NCBI GenBank assembly: GCA_963726455.1
Contig: CAVSCK010000005.1
Span: forward strand, 320,001-384,000
DNA length: 64,000 nt
Reading direction: 5' to 3'
Origin: an uncultured bacterium
Lineage (GTDB): Bacteria; Zixibacteria; MSB-5A5; CAIYYT01
In this document: one piece after another, positions 9,701 through 18,756 of the stretch
Layout of the letters: each line of letters starts with the position of its first letter
How positions within the stretch are numbered: the first letter of the stretch is position 1
The notes under the pieces: generated by a model
The model's input: only the letters and a program-made list of their open reading frames with translations
What the model was told of the DNA's origin: nothing
The model's database searches: none
Translations under genes and position numbers: made by a program

Positions 9701-9857
9701 CAAAGTTCGGAGACTGGATGTAGTCCCAGGCAAAGCGCTTGTATTGCACCTTGTTCTTGCCGAAAGACTCATCCTGCGCATAACTCGAGGCAGCCAGCGT
9801 CAGCAGCGCAGTGGCGAGAAATATCAGGGTTGTTCGATTCATGTACTTTATACCCAT
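6735..9857 (-). CDS. Omp85/BamA-family outer-membrane protein with N-terminal gluzincin-like peptidase domain and TolB/PD40 beta-propeller
   Basis: Signal peptide (start possibly 9842); HELTH plus WFAEGYAEY; repeated P(S/T)WSPxG units; LRGY loop motif; C-terminal YFSLGAEF beta-signal. Confidence 0.9.
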   Translation of the reverse strand: MGIKYMNRTTLIFLATALLTLAASSYAQDESFGKNKVQYKRFAWDYIQSPNFDVYYYDGEYDLAKYAIAEMESAYVYISKQLDYKLRTRVPVLIYNSPNEFQQTNVVPDLLPEAVGGFTESFKNRIVVPYDGSYEDFRHVLHHELTHAVTYDMIYGSFFGSLASRQYLFRLPLWFAEGYAEYSSRFGWDYFADMVVRDATIHGYLQPLEYVGGFLAYKEGQAALKYLSEAYGPERIPDLINRGKRTLSMSRAMKGAIGLNEDEFFEKFTKYLKKVYWPEIAIRSEPADIGKQLTNHEKDHSNFNEKPVFSPQGDKIAIFSDRKDYTEIYLVSAIDGKILERLVKGERSGDLESLHSYVSGMSWSPDGKDLVFVAKSEGKDALMIYDVKHKRISDRIREGFGVIQSPSWGKNGDIAFSAVRNGQSDIFTVNPKTKELRQLTDDLYDDKDASYSPDGSKIAFSSDRPSSAEQAGHYRYGTYNIFVMDIASGVIDTVTRQGDICRYPTWSPKADKICFVANTNGIDNLYVKELNNGSVPFAVTNVLSGVSSPSWSPSGDQIAFSAFFKGGFDIYLMKEIKPVTKDGAPLVKTKFAAGEMVAEFVKMDTPADSSDSTLNDKEKKEFPEPKEEYPDYVFTPPPGEHSHGPLESPDTLKYSALEREEDGRDTLYRKLPTGEFKIKKYKAKFSPDYISGGLSYDPFYGLRGQSFVVVSDFLGNHQFFISTDLVNSLSQSNLQLIYLNNTYRTDFGFGIFHNKNYFIDPTNRLFSDRTYGALATTSYPFSMYKRLQLDFSQVYIDRTYYDPPYDNSSDDATTGALSLIDDTVLWGPTGPLNGNRWKLTLERTIPIGGRSRDYWAMEGDYRKYWHIGGLYSVAFRAAAGASFGSNRKTYYLGGTTNYIGSTETNNDVYTVQGFYFSKIITPLRGYDYFQFQGSKYSVVNLEFRYPFIEYLALGFPLPLTLQQLTGAVFYDAGAAWSENTAFKGATSEGGHTHLLGIKSGFGLGARVNLGLFLLRYDLGWGWDLTRTTGPHHYFSLGAEF

Positions 9858-9868
9858 AAGGGGACGGT

Positions 9869-11128
9869 TTATTCCGGAACTTTCGCGATCGCTGCGCCGA
9901 CGGACTGAAGCTTCTTCTCCAAATCATCGTAGCCGCGCTCTATATGATATATTCGTCTGACTTCGCTAGTACCTGAAGCCGCCAAACAGGCGGTGACCAA
10001 TCCCGCGCCGGCACGGATGTCAGATGCCATTACCGTTGCGCCGGTCAGTGCCGGTGTTCCCTCAATGGTGGCAACATCGCCGTTGATCGTGATCTTGGCG
10101 CCCAGTCGAATCAATTCCATGCAATAGCTGAAACGGTCGTCGAAAACAGTCTCACGCAGATGGGAGATTCCCTCGGCGCGCGTCGCCAGCGCCACGAAAC
10201 AGGGTTGCAGGTCAGTCGGAAACCCGGGAAAAGGATAGGTAACGAAATCTGTTGCTTTTAGCTTGCCGTCGGAGGCCACCGTTATCGAGTTGGCGCTCGA
10301 CGAAATTTCGCAACCCATTTCGCGCAACTTGAGCAGCACGACTTCCAGGTCGGTGGCAATACCGTCCTCTACCTCCAACCGTCCACCGGTGCCCGCCGCC
10401 ATACAAAGCAGAGTGCCGACTTCCAGACGATCGGCCATCGGACGATACGAAATTGGCTTGAGCTTTTTCACACCATGAATGGTCATGTCGGTTGTGCCAG
10501 CTCCGGAGATATCGGCCCCCATCTGGTTCAGGAAATTGGCCAGGTCAACAACTTCGGGATCGCAGGCAGCATTGACGATGCGGGTGAGTCCCGATGACAG
10601 TGCCGCGCCGATCATGAGGTTCTCGGTACCGGTATGAGATGGACGATCGAAGTAGACCATGCCGCCCTTGACCGAGCCGTGCGCGAGAACGTAACCGGCT
10701 TCTTCATGGATGTCGACACCCAGTTGCGCAAAGCCCTTCAAGTGCAAATTGACCGGCCGCTGCCCCAGTGAACAGCCACCCGGCAACGATACACGCGCAC
10801 GCTGCAAGCGGGCGATCAGCGCGCCCAGCACCAAAAACGAGGCGCGCATCTTGCGAACCAGATCATACGGTGCTTCGTCTTTGTCGATATTGCTGGCGTC
10901 GATTTTCACCAGTTGCGCCTGCTTATCCCAATCGACTTTGGCGCCAAGCTCGCGCAATACCTGCAGCATGATATCAATGTCACGGAGATTGGGGATTCCC
11001 GACAACGTTGTGGTACCGGAATCGGCCAGCAATGCCGCCGCCAGAATCGGCAGGGTCGCGTTCTTGGAACGCATGGCTTTCACCTTGCCGGAGAGTGTCT
11101 TACCCCCTTCAATCACGAATTTGTCCAT
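9869..11128 (-). CDS. murA: UDP-N-acetylglucosamine 1-carboxyvinyltransferase
   Basis: SKNATLPILAA, MRASFLVLG, LPGGCSLGQRPVNLH (catalytic Cys), PFPGFPTDLQ, DIRAGA, HIERGY. Confidence 0.98.
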   Translation of the reverse strand: MDKFVIEGGKTLSGKVKAMRSKNATLPILAAALLADSGTTTLSGIPNLRDIDIMLQVLRELGAKVDWDKQAQLVKIDASNIDKDEAPYDLVRKMRASFLVLGALIARLQRARVSLPGGCSLGQRPVNLHLKGFAQLGVDIHEEAGYVLAHGSVKGGMVYFDRPSHTGTENLMIGAALSSGLTRIVNAACDPEVVDLANFLNQMGADISGAGTTDMTIHGVKKLKPISYRPMADRLEVGTLLCMAAGTGGRLEVEDGIATDLEVVLLKLREMGCEISSSANSITVASDGKLKATDFVTYPFPGFPTDLQPCFVALATRAEGISHLRETVFDDRFSYCMELIRLGAKITINGDVATIEGTPALTGATVMASDIRAGAGLVTACLAASGTSEVRRIYHIERGYDDLEKKLQSVGAAIAKVPE

Positions 11129-11405
11129 ATGTTTCTTGTTACCCTATTTCGCCTGAGGCCCAGTTCCACATAATTCTTAACGTCCAACGCTATGTTTCGG
11201 TGCAATTTAATCTGATAAACGGATTAGACAATAATGGTTTATCGATTTCCACGCACGTCGATGCAAATGGCTCGGCAACAGTGTCTTCAGCCGTCACCGT
11301 AATCCGCGCCTATTCCGACTGATTTAACGTTGTCAGCGGGAATATAGTTGCAGGCCGCCTGTATTGAGGTCAAAGACAAGATCAACCTCAAGACAGGAGG
11401 ACATT

Positions 11406-13471
11406 ATGAATCGCACATTCTGGGCAGGACTCACCCTGATACTGGTGGCATTGGCCCTGTTGAGCTGCAATTTCGGAGGCAATTCCAACAGCGGTGCCAT
11501 CGGCCAAAGTGCGGCCTCAGCCGGCACGCTCGGCTCGATCAGTGGCACCGTGACCGACAGCAAGACCGGCCAGCCGCTGCCAGGCGTAGCGGTACAGGTT
11601 GTGAGCACGACTTACGGCGCTATCACAGATCCGACTGGGAAGTACCACATCCAGAATCTGGCTCCCGGTAGTTACACTGTAAGGGCTACAATGATTGGTT
11701 ATGCCTTCAAAACCGTCACCGCCGTGACGGTGACCGCCGGCAACAACACCACACAGGACTTCCAGCTTGACCAGAAATTCGTTGAAATGCAGTACCAGAT
11801 TGTAACACAGGATCGCGGTTTTTACACACCTCAATCCAGCCCACCTTCCCACGAAGTTAAATCGGCGTTGGATGTCCCCGCGATACAGGAAATCGGAACT
11901 GGCCCCGCCAAGACATCGTCTCCGTCCGAACAAAAATGTCAAATCGGCCTACCCCCGACATCATCCGAGCCGGTTCGCACGCCAAGGGCTTTACTTAAGT
12001 GTATTATGCCTACTCAGTACGGAAATCCTCCAATGGCAAACGGCGGATCGGTTCCGCCCAACGGACAGGCCTATGACGCCATGTTCTTCAAACATTATGG
12101 CGTCAACCCGTTCATCCCGACTGAAGACGACCATCTGTCAACTTTCGCGATCGACGCCGACAATGCCTCCTACACAATGACCCGGTCGTACCTGACGCGC
12201 GGCGAGATTCCGCCGGAAGAAGCCGTTCGCGTCGAGGAATTCGTGAACAATTTCAAGTATCAGTTACAGTCTCCCTCGCGAACGCGCGTTCCGCGTCAAT
12301 CTGGAAGCGGCGCCGTCCAGGTTCGGTGAGCATTATCAGCTTCTCAAAATCGGAATCGCCGGCAGGAAGATCGAGGCGAACCGGCGCCAGGACGCCAACC
12401 TCGTATTCGTTGTCGATGTCTCCGGTTCGATGCAGCGTGAAGATCGTCTCGGCGCCGTGAAACAGGCGCTGCGGTTGCTGCTCGACAATCTCAACTGATC
12501 GCGACCGCGTCGGTATCGTCGCCTACCGGACAGATGCTTTCACCGTTCTGGAACCGACCTCGGCGCGCTACCGCGAGCACATAATGAACGCCATCGAGCA
12601 GCTCTACGCCTCTGGCTCGACGTACGCCGAGGGCGGGTTGCGATTGGGCTACCAGATGGCCGATCGCTGCTTTGACCGGAACCGAATTAATCGGCTTATT
12701 CTGTGCACGGACGGCGTTGCCAATGAAGGGCAAACTTCCGCTGAAGCTATTCTCAAAGAAACCAAGAGATACGCCGACAAGGGCATCACGCTTTCGGCGA
12801 TCGGTTTCGGGATGGGCAACTATAACGACGTGTTGCTGGAACAGTTGGCCGACAAGGGCAACGGGAATTATGCGTACGTCGACAACTGGAGTGAAGCGAA
12901 GCGTGTGTTTGAAGAAAATCTTACCGGCACGCTGCAGGTGATTGCCCGCGATGTCAAGATCCAGGTCGATTTCAATCCTGCAGCGGTCGAACGTTATCGC
13001 CTGCTGGGCTATGAAAACCGCGACGTTGCTGACAACAAGTTCCGCGATGACAAAGAAGACGGCGGCGAAATCGGCTCCGGACATACCGTGACCGCGCTGT
13101 ACGAAGTCCGGCTGAAAGACGAAGCGCACGGCGATCTTGGTACTGTCTTTGTGCGCTACAAAGATCCGGTCACTTTCGCGGTGAGTGAAGTCGCCGAACC
13201 GATTGACCGCTCAGTTCTCAGGTACTCATTCGAGTCGGCTTCTTCCGATTTCAAGTTGGCGGCCGCCGCCGCGGAGTTCGCCGAAATCATGCGCAAGAGC
13301 TACTGGGCCAAAGACGGTCACCTGCGCGACGTGTTGCAGGTAGCGCAGCAGGTCGAGCGCGAAACCGGCAGTGAGCAGGCAAGCGAACTGGTGGATCTGA
13401 TCACCAAGGCCAACCGGCTTATGAAAGACACCGGCGCCGAACCTGAACCGTTTGGAATGGGCGGGGAGTAA
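11406..13471 (+). CDS. YfbK-like von Willebrand factor A lipoprotein with carboxypeptidase-regulatory-like domain; two apparent frameshifts
   Basis: AGGAGG then ATG at 11406; lipobox LLSC; STFAIDADNASY and VRVEEFVN; MIDAS motif VVDVSGSM in the bridging frame; LCTDGVAN and YRLLGYENR. Frame is restored by removing one base near 12264 and one near 12493. Confidence 0.85.
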
Positions 13472-13496
13472 GAGAGGGGGACAACCTTCCAACCGC

Positions 13497-13524
13497 AAGG
13501 GCGCCTGATGTTCAGGCGCCCTTT
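13497..13524 (+). terminator. Rho-independent terminator
   Basis: AAGGGCGCCTGA-TGT-TCAGGCGCCCTTT. Confidence 0.7.
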
Positions 13525-13574
13525 GCATTGCTGCCCATCCTCAAGGATCGCCCAAGCATGTCGATGAATCTAAT

Positions 13575-15005
13575 ATGGCATCGCCCTCCCCAAACCTGCG
13601 GACTGGACTCCTATCCCAGGCGTCTTCTCTATTGGAACAAGGCCGTCATCGCGAGGCCGCCGCCATCTTCGAACAGGTGCTTCGTTTTGAACCGCAGAAC
13701 GCCGAGGCCTGGCGGGGTCTTGGCGAATCACAGTATGCCGAAAACAACAAGCCCGCAGCCGCTCGTGCCTTCGAAAGAGCCCACCAATTGGCGCCGGACG
13801 ATGCCCGCAATTTGAACGATATCGGCGTGATGATGTTCGATGAAGAGCAGTATGAAGGCGCTCTCAGTTGGCTGTGCGGCGCCATCACCAGTGACTCCGA
13901 GTACTGCGATGCTCGGCTCAATCTCTGTTCAGTGCTCGGGCGAGTCACGCTGCAGGATCAGACGACTTCGCTCAAGCCGGCACTATTAATCAGAACCCTG
14001 CGTTGGATATCCGAGAACGCTGCTGACGAACGGCGCTCCGAATTGGTACGCGAGAGTCAACGATTGCGTGAGTCATTACTTGGCGAATTTCGCAACCGCT
14101 ATCAACACAGCAATCAACGAATCCTGCTCTATTCGCCGACCGTTGCAATGGGCGCGCTCTATTACATATTCGAGAGTTGGCAGCAGTGCCTCGAACACAT
14201 GGGAATACCCGCACTCTCGGTCGGAGTCGGCGCGGACTTCACTTCAGCTCTCTCAGAGTGTAAACCGACGGCAATTATCTCAGTCGATAACGAAGCAATC
14301 TGGGGCGACTTGGACGGGTCTGACCGCGATGCCGCGGCGAGTTCCGGCGCGCGCATTGGACTGGTCAGCGAATTTGACAACGACGTCCAGGACGCGGATT
14401 TCTGCATTACGTTCCATCTGCATCCGGAACGTGACGACAAAATCGCTCGCCAGAATAAGCGCGTCATCTCCTTGCCGTTCGCCTTCAATCCACTGATTCA
14501 TCGTGCCTATCCCGCGCGCACGATCTGGGATTATGCTTTTGTCGGCACCAACAGCCCGCTCAAGTGGCAGGAGACGAGCGATTATCTGATTCCGATTGTC
14601 TGCGCACACCCCGGAATTCTCGCAGGCACCGGCTGGCCGGGCAAGTTCGGCAATCTCACGCAGGAAGAATCTGGTCTGCTTTACAACTTCGCCGCCATCT
14701 GCCCGAACTTCCATCTTAAGGCGCAAATCGAAACCGGCAACGAAGTCAACGAACGAACGCACGTCTTGGCCGCTTGTGGCGCCTTCCAGCTTGTCGACAA
14801 TCCGTCCGCCTTGCGCGAAATGTATGGCGAAGACGAAATCGCTAGCGCCTCTTCTCCCGCTGAATACCAGAGACTATTCGAATACTACCTGAATCAACCC
14901 GAGCTGCGCGCCAAGATGGCCTTGAGCGCCATGCACAAAGCGTGGTCGGCACACTCGCAGTTCCATCGGTTGGCGAATTTGATCGAATTTCTGCGGGCGA
15001 AGTAG
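13575..15005 (+). CDS. TPR-containing glycosyltransferase (CgeB-like GT-B C-terminal domain)
   Basis: N-terminal TPRs (EPQNAEAWRGLG, APDDARNLNDIG); PFAFNPLIH, YAFVGT, NERTHVLAACGAFQLVD and YYLNQPELR. Confidence 0.8.
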   Translation: MASPSPNLRTGLLSQASSLLEQGRHREAAAIFEQVLRFEPQNAEAWRGLGESQYAENNKPAAARAFERAHQLAPDDARNLNDIGVMMFDEEQYEGALSWLCGAITSDSEYCDARLNLCSVLGRVTLQDQTTSLKPALLIRTLRWISENAADERRSELVRESQRLRESLLGEFRNRYQHSNQRILLYSPTVAMGALYYIFESWQQCLEHMGIPALSVGVGADFTSALSECKPTAIISVDNEAIWGDLDGSDRDAAASSGARIGLVSEFDNDVQDADFCITFHLHPERDDKIARQNKRVISLPFAFNPLIHRAYPARTIWDYAFVGTNSPLKWQETSDYLIPIVCAHPGILAGTGWPGKFGNLTQEESGLLYNFAAICPNFHLKAQIETGNEVNERTHVLAACGAFQLVDNPSALREMYGEDEIASASSPAEYQRLFEYYLNQPELRAKMALSAMHKAWSAHSQFHRLANLIEFLRAK

Positions 15006-15039
15006 TTAGATATCCCGCGAATTTGCTAAGTCACTCAGC

Positions 15040-15065
15040 GCGGTCAGGATTCCCATCCTGACCGC
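15040..15065. repeat. REP-like palindrome
   Basis: GCGGTCAGGAT-TCCC-ATCCTGACCGC between convergent genes, with no U-tract. Confidence 0.5.
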
Positions 15066-15077
15066 ACCAAGTCGAAT

Positions 15078-16706
15078 CTATTCTTTGCCCATAAACGGAT
15101 ACTTGAAATCCGACGGCGGTACGAAATTCTCTTTGATCGCGCGCGGCGATGTCCAACGAATCATGTTGTGTAGCGCGCCCGCCTTGTCGTTGGTGCCGGA
15201 TGCTCTCGCGCCGCCAAACGGCTGCTGTCCGACCACCGCGCCGGTCGGCTTGTCGTTAATGTAGAAATTGCCCGCCGCATTCCGCAAAATTCCCTCGGCG
15301 ATCTTGACCGCATAACGATCGACGGCAAAGATCGCGCCGGTGAGCGCATACGGCGAGGTCTCATCGCACAATCTCAGCGTTTTCTCGAATTCAGAGTCCT
15401 CATAAACATAGACCGTCATCACCGGCCCAAAGATTTCTTCCTGAATGGTTTTGAATTTCGGGTTCGTGGTCTCGATCACGGTTGCGCTGATGAAATATCC
15501 CTTCGAGTCATCACAATGCCCGCCTGCGATTACCTTGGCATCGGAATTGTTCTTCGCAAATTCGATGTACTCTTTGATGCTGTCGAACGCGCTCCTGTCG
15601 ATCACGGCATTCATAAAATGCGAGAAATCGCAGGGGTCGCCCATCTTAATCTCGGATAACTGCTTGACGACGATCTCTTTGATTTTCGGCCAGAGCGATT
15701 TCGGAATATACGCTCTGGATGCCGCCGAGCACTTTTGGCCTTGATACTCAAACGCGCCGCGTGTGATTGCCGTCGCGACCTGAGCCGGCACCGCGGAATT
15801 GTGCACGAAGATGAAATCCTTGCCGCCGGTTTCCCCGACGATTCGCGGATAGGATTTATACTTGGCGATATTCGCACCGATTGTCTTCCACATGCCCTGG
15901 AACACCGCCGTCGAGCCGGTGAAGTGAATCCCCGCCAGATTCTCGTTGGCAAAAACCACGTCGCTGATTTCCGAGGATTTTCCGGTCACGAAATTGATCA
16001 CACCCGCCGGCAAACCCGCCTCCGTGAGTATCTTCATCAGGAAATGCGATGTATATAGCACACTTGAGGCCGGTTTCCACACGGCGACATTTCCCCACAT
16101 TGCCGGCGCCGTCGGAAGGTTGCCGTTGATCGAGACAAAGTTGAACGGAGTCACGGCATACACGAACCCTTCCAGCGGGCGATAATCAATGCGATTCCAG
16201 ATCGTCGGGTCAGGATTGATCGGCTGTATGTCGGCGATCACCTGCATGTAGTAGGCGTTGAATCGGAAGAAATCCACCAACTCGCAGACGGCGTCAATTT
16301 CCGCCTGGTAAGCATTTTTCGAATGCGCCAGCATCGTCGCGGCATTCATGATATATCGATATGGCCCGGCCAATAGATCGGCGGCCTTCAGAAAAATCGC
16401 GGCGCGGTGATGACGTGGCATCGACGACCAGGTCTGATGCGCGCGCATGGCTGACTCGATCGCCATCTCGGTTTCTTTCTTGCCCCCGTGATAGGCGTAG
16501 CCAAGCACCTGACTGTGGTCGTGCGGCGCGGTCATCGGAACCTTCTTGTCGGTGCGAATTTCCTTGCCGTCAATCACCAGAGGGACTTCGATCTGCTTGG
16601 ACTTCAAGTCGGCCAACGCTGCTTTAAGCTTCTCGCGTTCGGGCGATCCGGGGGCATAACTGAAGATCGGTTCATTGACCGGCTGCGCCATTCGATATGT
16701 ACCCAT
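15078..16706 (-). CDS. pruA: L-glutamate gamma-semialdehyde (P5C) dehydrogenase
   Basis: NEPIFSYAPGSPER, FTGST, GETGGKDF, GQKCSAASR, EEIFGP and QQPFGGARASGTNDKAG. Confidence 0.96.
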   Translation of the reverse strand: MGTYRMAQPVNEPIFSYAPGSPEREKLKAALADLKSKQIEVPLVIDGKEIRTDKKVPMTAPHDHSQVLGYAYHGGKKETEMAIESAMRAHQTWSSMPRHHRAAIFLKAADLLAGPYRYIMNAATMLAHSKNAYQAEIDAVCELVDFFRFNAYYMQVIADIQPINPDPTIWNRIDYRPLEGFVYAVTPFNFVSINGNLPTAPAMWGNVAVWKPASSVLYTSHFLMKILTEAGLPAGVINFVTGKSSEISDVVFANENLAGIHFTGSTAVFQGMWKTIGANIAKYKSYPRIVGETGGKDFIFVHNSAVPAQVATAITRGAFEYQGQKCSAASRAYIPKSLWPKIKEIVVKQLSEIKMGDPCDFSHFMNAVIDRSAFDSIKEYIEFAKNNSDAKVIAGGHCDDSKGYFISATVIETTNPKFKTIQEEIFGPVMTVYVYEDSEFEKTLRLCDETSPYALTGAIFAVDRYAVKIAEGILRNAAGNFYINDKPTGAVVGQQPFGGARASGTNDKAGALHNMIRWTSPRAIKENFVPPSDFKYPFMGKE

Positions 16707-16771
16707 GTGTTACTCCGTTGTGCTATGTAATGGAAAGCCACGCCCTGTCACGGGCATGGCTCGTCGAAATC

Positions 16772-17272
16772 TCACGACTTATTCAGATTGCTCCACTCGG
16801 CATCATCCAGCCAGGTGCGCGGCTCATGCAGGAAATCGAGCACATGCTCGATCAAGTTGACATGCTTGTTCTCCTCATCGGCGATCAATCCCATCGCCTT
16901 ACTGACCTCGGGATCCTTCTCTTCCTGCTGTTTCTGGCGATAGAATTCCTCGGTCTCGATCTCGACATCCTGCGCTTTCTCCCAGGCGTCAAAAATGTCT
17001 TTGGAGAACAGGAAATCATCGTCTTGTGAGGCCAGCTCTTCAAACACGGTCTTGGCTGTGTCGAGAATCGTCGTGCCCAGGGTGGCCATCTTCGACGCTT
17101 CCTTCAACTCGCCATCCTTCATGCGACGGAAAATTTCGTAGTGCTTGGTTTCGTCCTTGGCAAGCTGCTGCCAGATTTTTTTCAAAGCCGGGATCTTCTC
17201 TTTGGCTGCGTGATCTTCGTAATATGCTTTGCCGTCCTTTTCCATCTTCATCGCAAATTCAAATACGTTCAT
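16772..17272 (-). CDS. Ferritin-like / rubrerythrin-family protein
   Basis: Duplicated E...ExxH pattern: FAMKMEKDGKAYY, DETKH, VEIETEEFY, EENKH; GGAGG RBS. Confidence 0.9.
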   Translation of the reverse strand: MNVFEFAMKMEKDGKAYYEDHAAKEKIPALKKIWQQLAKDETKHYEIFRRMKDGELKEASKMATLGTTILDTAKTVFEELASQDDDFLFSKDIFDAWEKAQDVEIETEEFYRQKQQEEKDPEVSKAMGLIADEENKHVNLIEHVLDFLHEPRTWLDDAEWSNLNKS

Positions 17273-17434
17273 GGCTGCTCCTCCGCATTAACAAGTCGTT
17301 GCGCGAATATAATGATTTGCCGGAAGGCAATCAAACGATTCCACCAGGTAGTACGCGCGCCATTGTCGCCACGCCGACATACCGGAGAACGTAGGTGCGA
17401 ATTTATTCTCAAGTCTGCGGACGCCGCCACAGAC

Positions 17435-18484
17435 TTAATAGTTCACGTGCAACTGCACCAGATACCTGCTGGTAAACTTGCTCTGAAACCGCGGCCTCTC
17501 CAGGACGAGTGAAGGCCGCAACTCCACGAACGGCACCGGGAAAAATTCGCAGGAGAACTTGTAAAACTGGCTGACTCCGGTTCTGTTTCGCCAATCCGGA
17601 TCATAGTAGTTGTACTCGGACAAAAGGTAGACACCGTCTATCACGCGTCCTTCGAGTTGCATGTACGCCGTGCGCTGTTCATTGCCCTTGCCGACTGCGC
17701 CCGCCGCCAATAGCAACGTCAGGCGGTCGTAGCTCAGCCCGCCGAAGACTTCCTTGGCGATGGGAAAGTTTCCGTAGCCGATATTGCCGCCCTTATTCTG
17801 CGACTGCCGCCACGATAACCCAACCAGGAAATTCAACGGACCGAGACCGCCGGCCCTGAACGAATGGAAAGTGCCGACACTCTGGCCGTTGGGGCGGTAG
17901 TACTCGACCGTGATATTCGACCCGTCAAAGAAATTTCCGCCGAGCGACAGGCCGTCGACTGACGGCTGCGGCAGTATCTGCGGCACGGTTTCGATGTATT
18001 CGTTGTGGTCGGCATCACGCAATCCGAATGCCGGGAAGAACTCGCCCGCCTTGATCCAATACTTGTCCCCCTTCAGCTTGAGCAGCAGGAAACTCTCGCG
18101 GAAGGTGCCGGGCGAAAAAGTAAGATTGAACGTCGTATGCTTCAGCATTTCCAGCGACAAATAGAAATCTGACTGCATTCTGAAGAATGACAGATTCTTC
18201 TCGTAAAGCAATCGATAGTCGACGCCGTAGGTGACATTGTCGGTCAAACGCGAAGTGGCCTTGTAGTCCCCCAGCAGACTCCTGGTTTGCTGCAGCGCCA
18301 GTTCGTTGTACGCAGTGGCATGGCCGAACTCGTTGCGCATGCCGCCGCCGTTGGGGCTGACATGGCACTTGATACATGGCGCGCCATGCTCGGTGGCCAA
18401 TCGTGGCAGACTGTGAATTGACAGCGACAACATTAGGACGAACAGTGCGCCCGCCGCTGCGATCATTCTCAAATGCACTTTCAT
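17435..18484 (-). CDS. Monoheme cytochrome c fused to a predicted outer-membrane beta-barrel
   Basis: Signal peptide; one CIKCH motif just after it; alternating beta-strand pattern; ends YLVQLHVNY. Confidence 0.75.
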   Translation of the reverse strand: MKVHLRMIAAAGALFVLMLSLSIHSLPRLATEHGAPCIKCHVSPNGGGMRNEFGHATAYNELALQQTRSLLGDYKATSRLTDNVTYGVDYRLLYEKNLSFFRMQSDFYLSLEMLKHTTFNLTFSPGTFRESFLLLKLKGDKYWIKAGEFFPAFGLRDADHNEYIETVPQILPQPSVDGLSLGGNFFDGSNITVEYYRPNGQSVGTFHSFRAGGLGPLNFLVGLSWRQSQNKGGNIGYGNFPIAKEVFGGLSYDRLTLLLAAGAVGKGNEQRTAYMQLEGRVIDGVYLLSEYNYYDPDWRNRTGVSQFYKFSCEFFPVPFVELRPSLVLERPRFQSKFTSRYLVQLHVNY

Positions 18485-18756
18485 AAGTTACCTACCGCCT
18501 TTGCTGAGGTTAACCCCGCTATTGACGCCATGGGCGCCGGAATTGTGCCTGAATAATATCTCAGAATTAATACGCCGATCAACGTTTAAAATTTAGTAGC
18601 GGCTGCGGCCGGGGAATTTGCGCTTGCCAATCTGGCAACCTAAATGGATATTTACTGTTCAGACGTTCCCGGCGGCAACCGTAGAAGTATAATGATCGTA
18701 TCTAAGTCTATGCCGACCGAGCCACTAATTCGAAAGCTTCTTTGATTTCCGGAGGA

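Noticed and set aside
18674-18705. Possible ECF sigma promoter (GCAACC-N16-CGTATC) upstream of the TlpA gene
   Set aside because: A single short match with no corroborating copy that I could verify.
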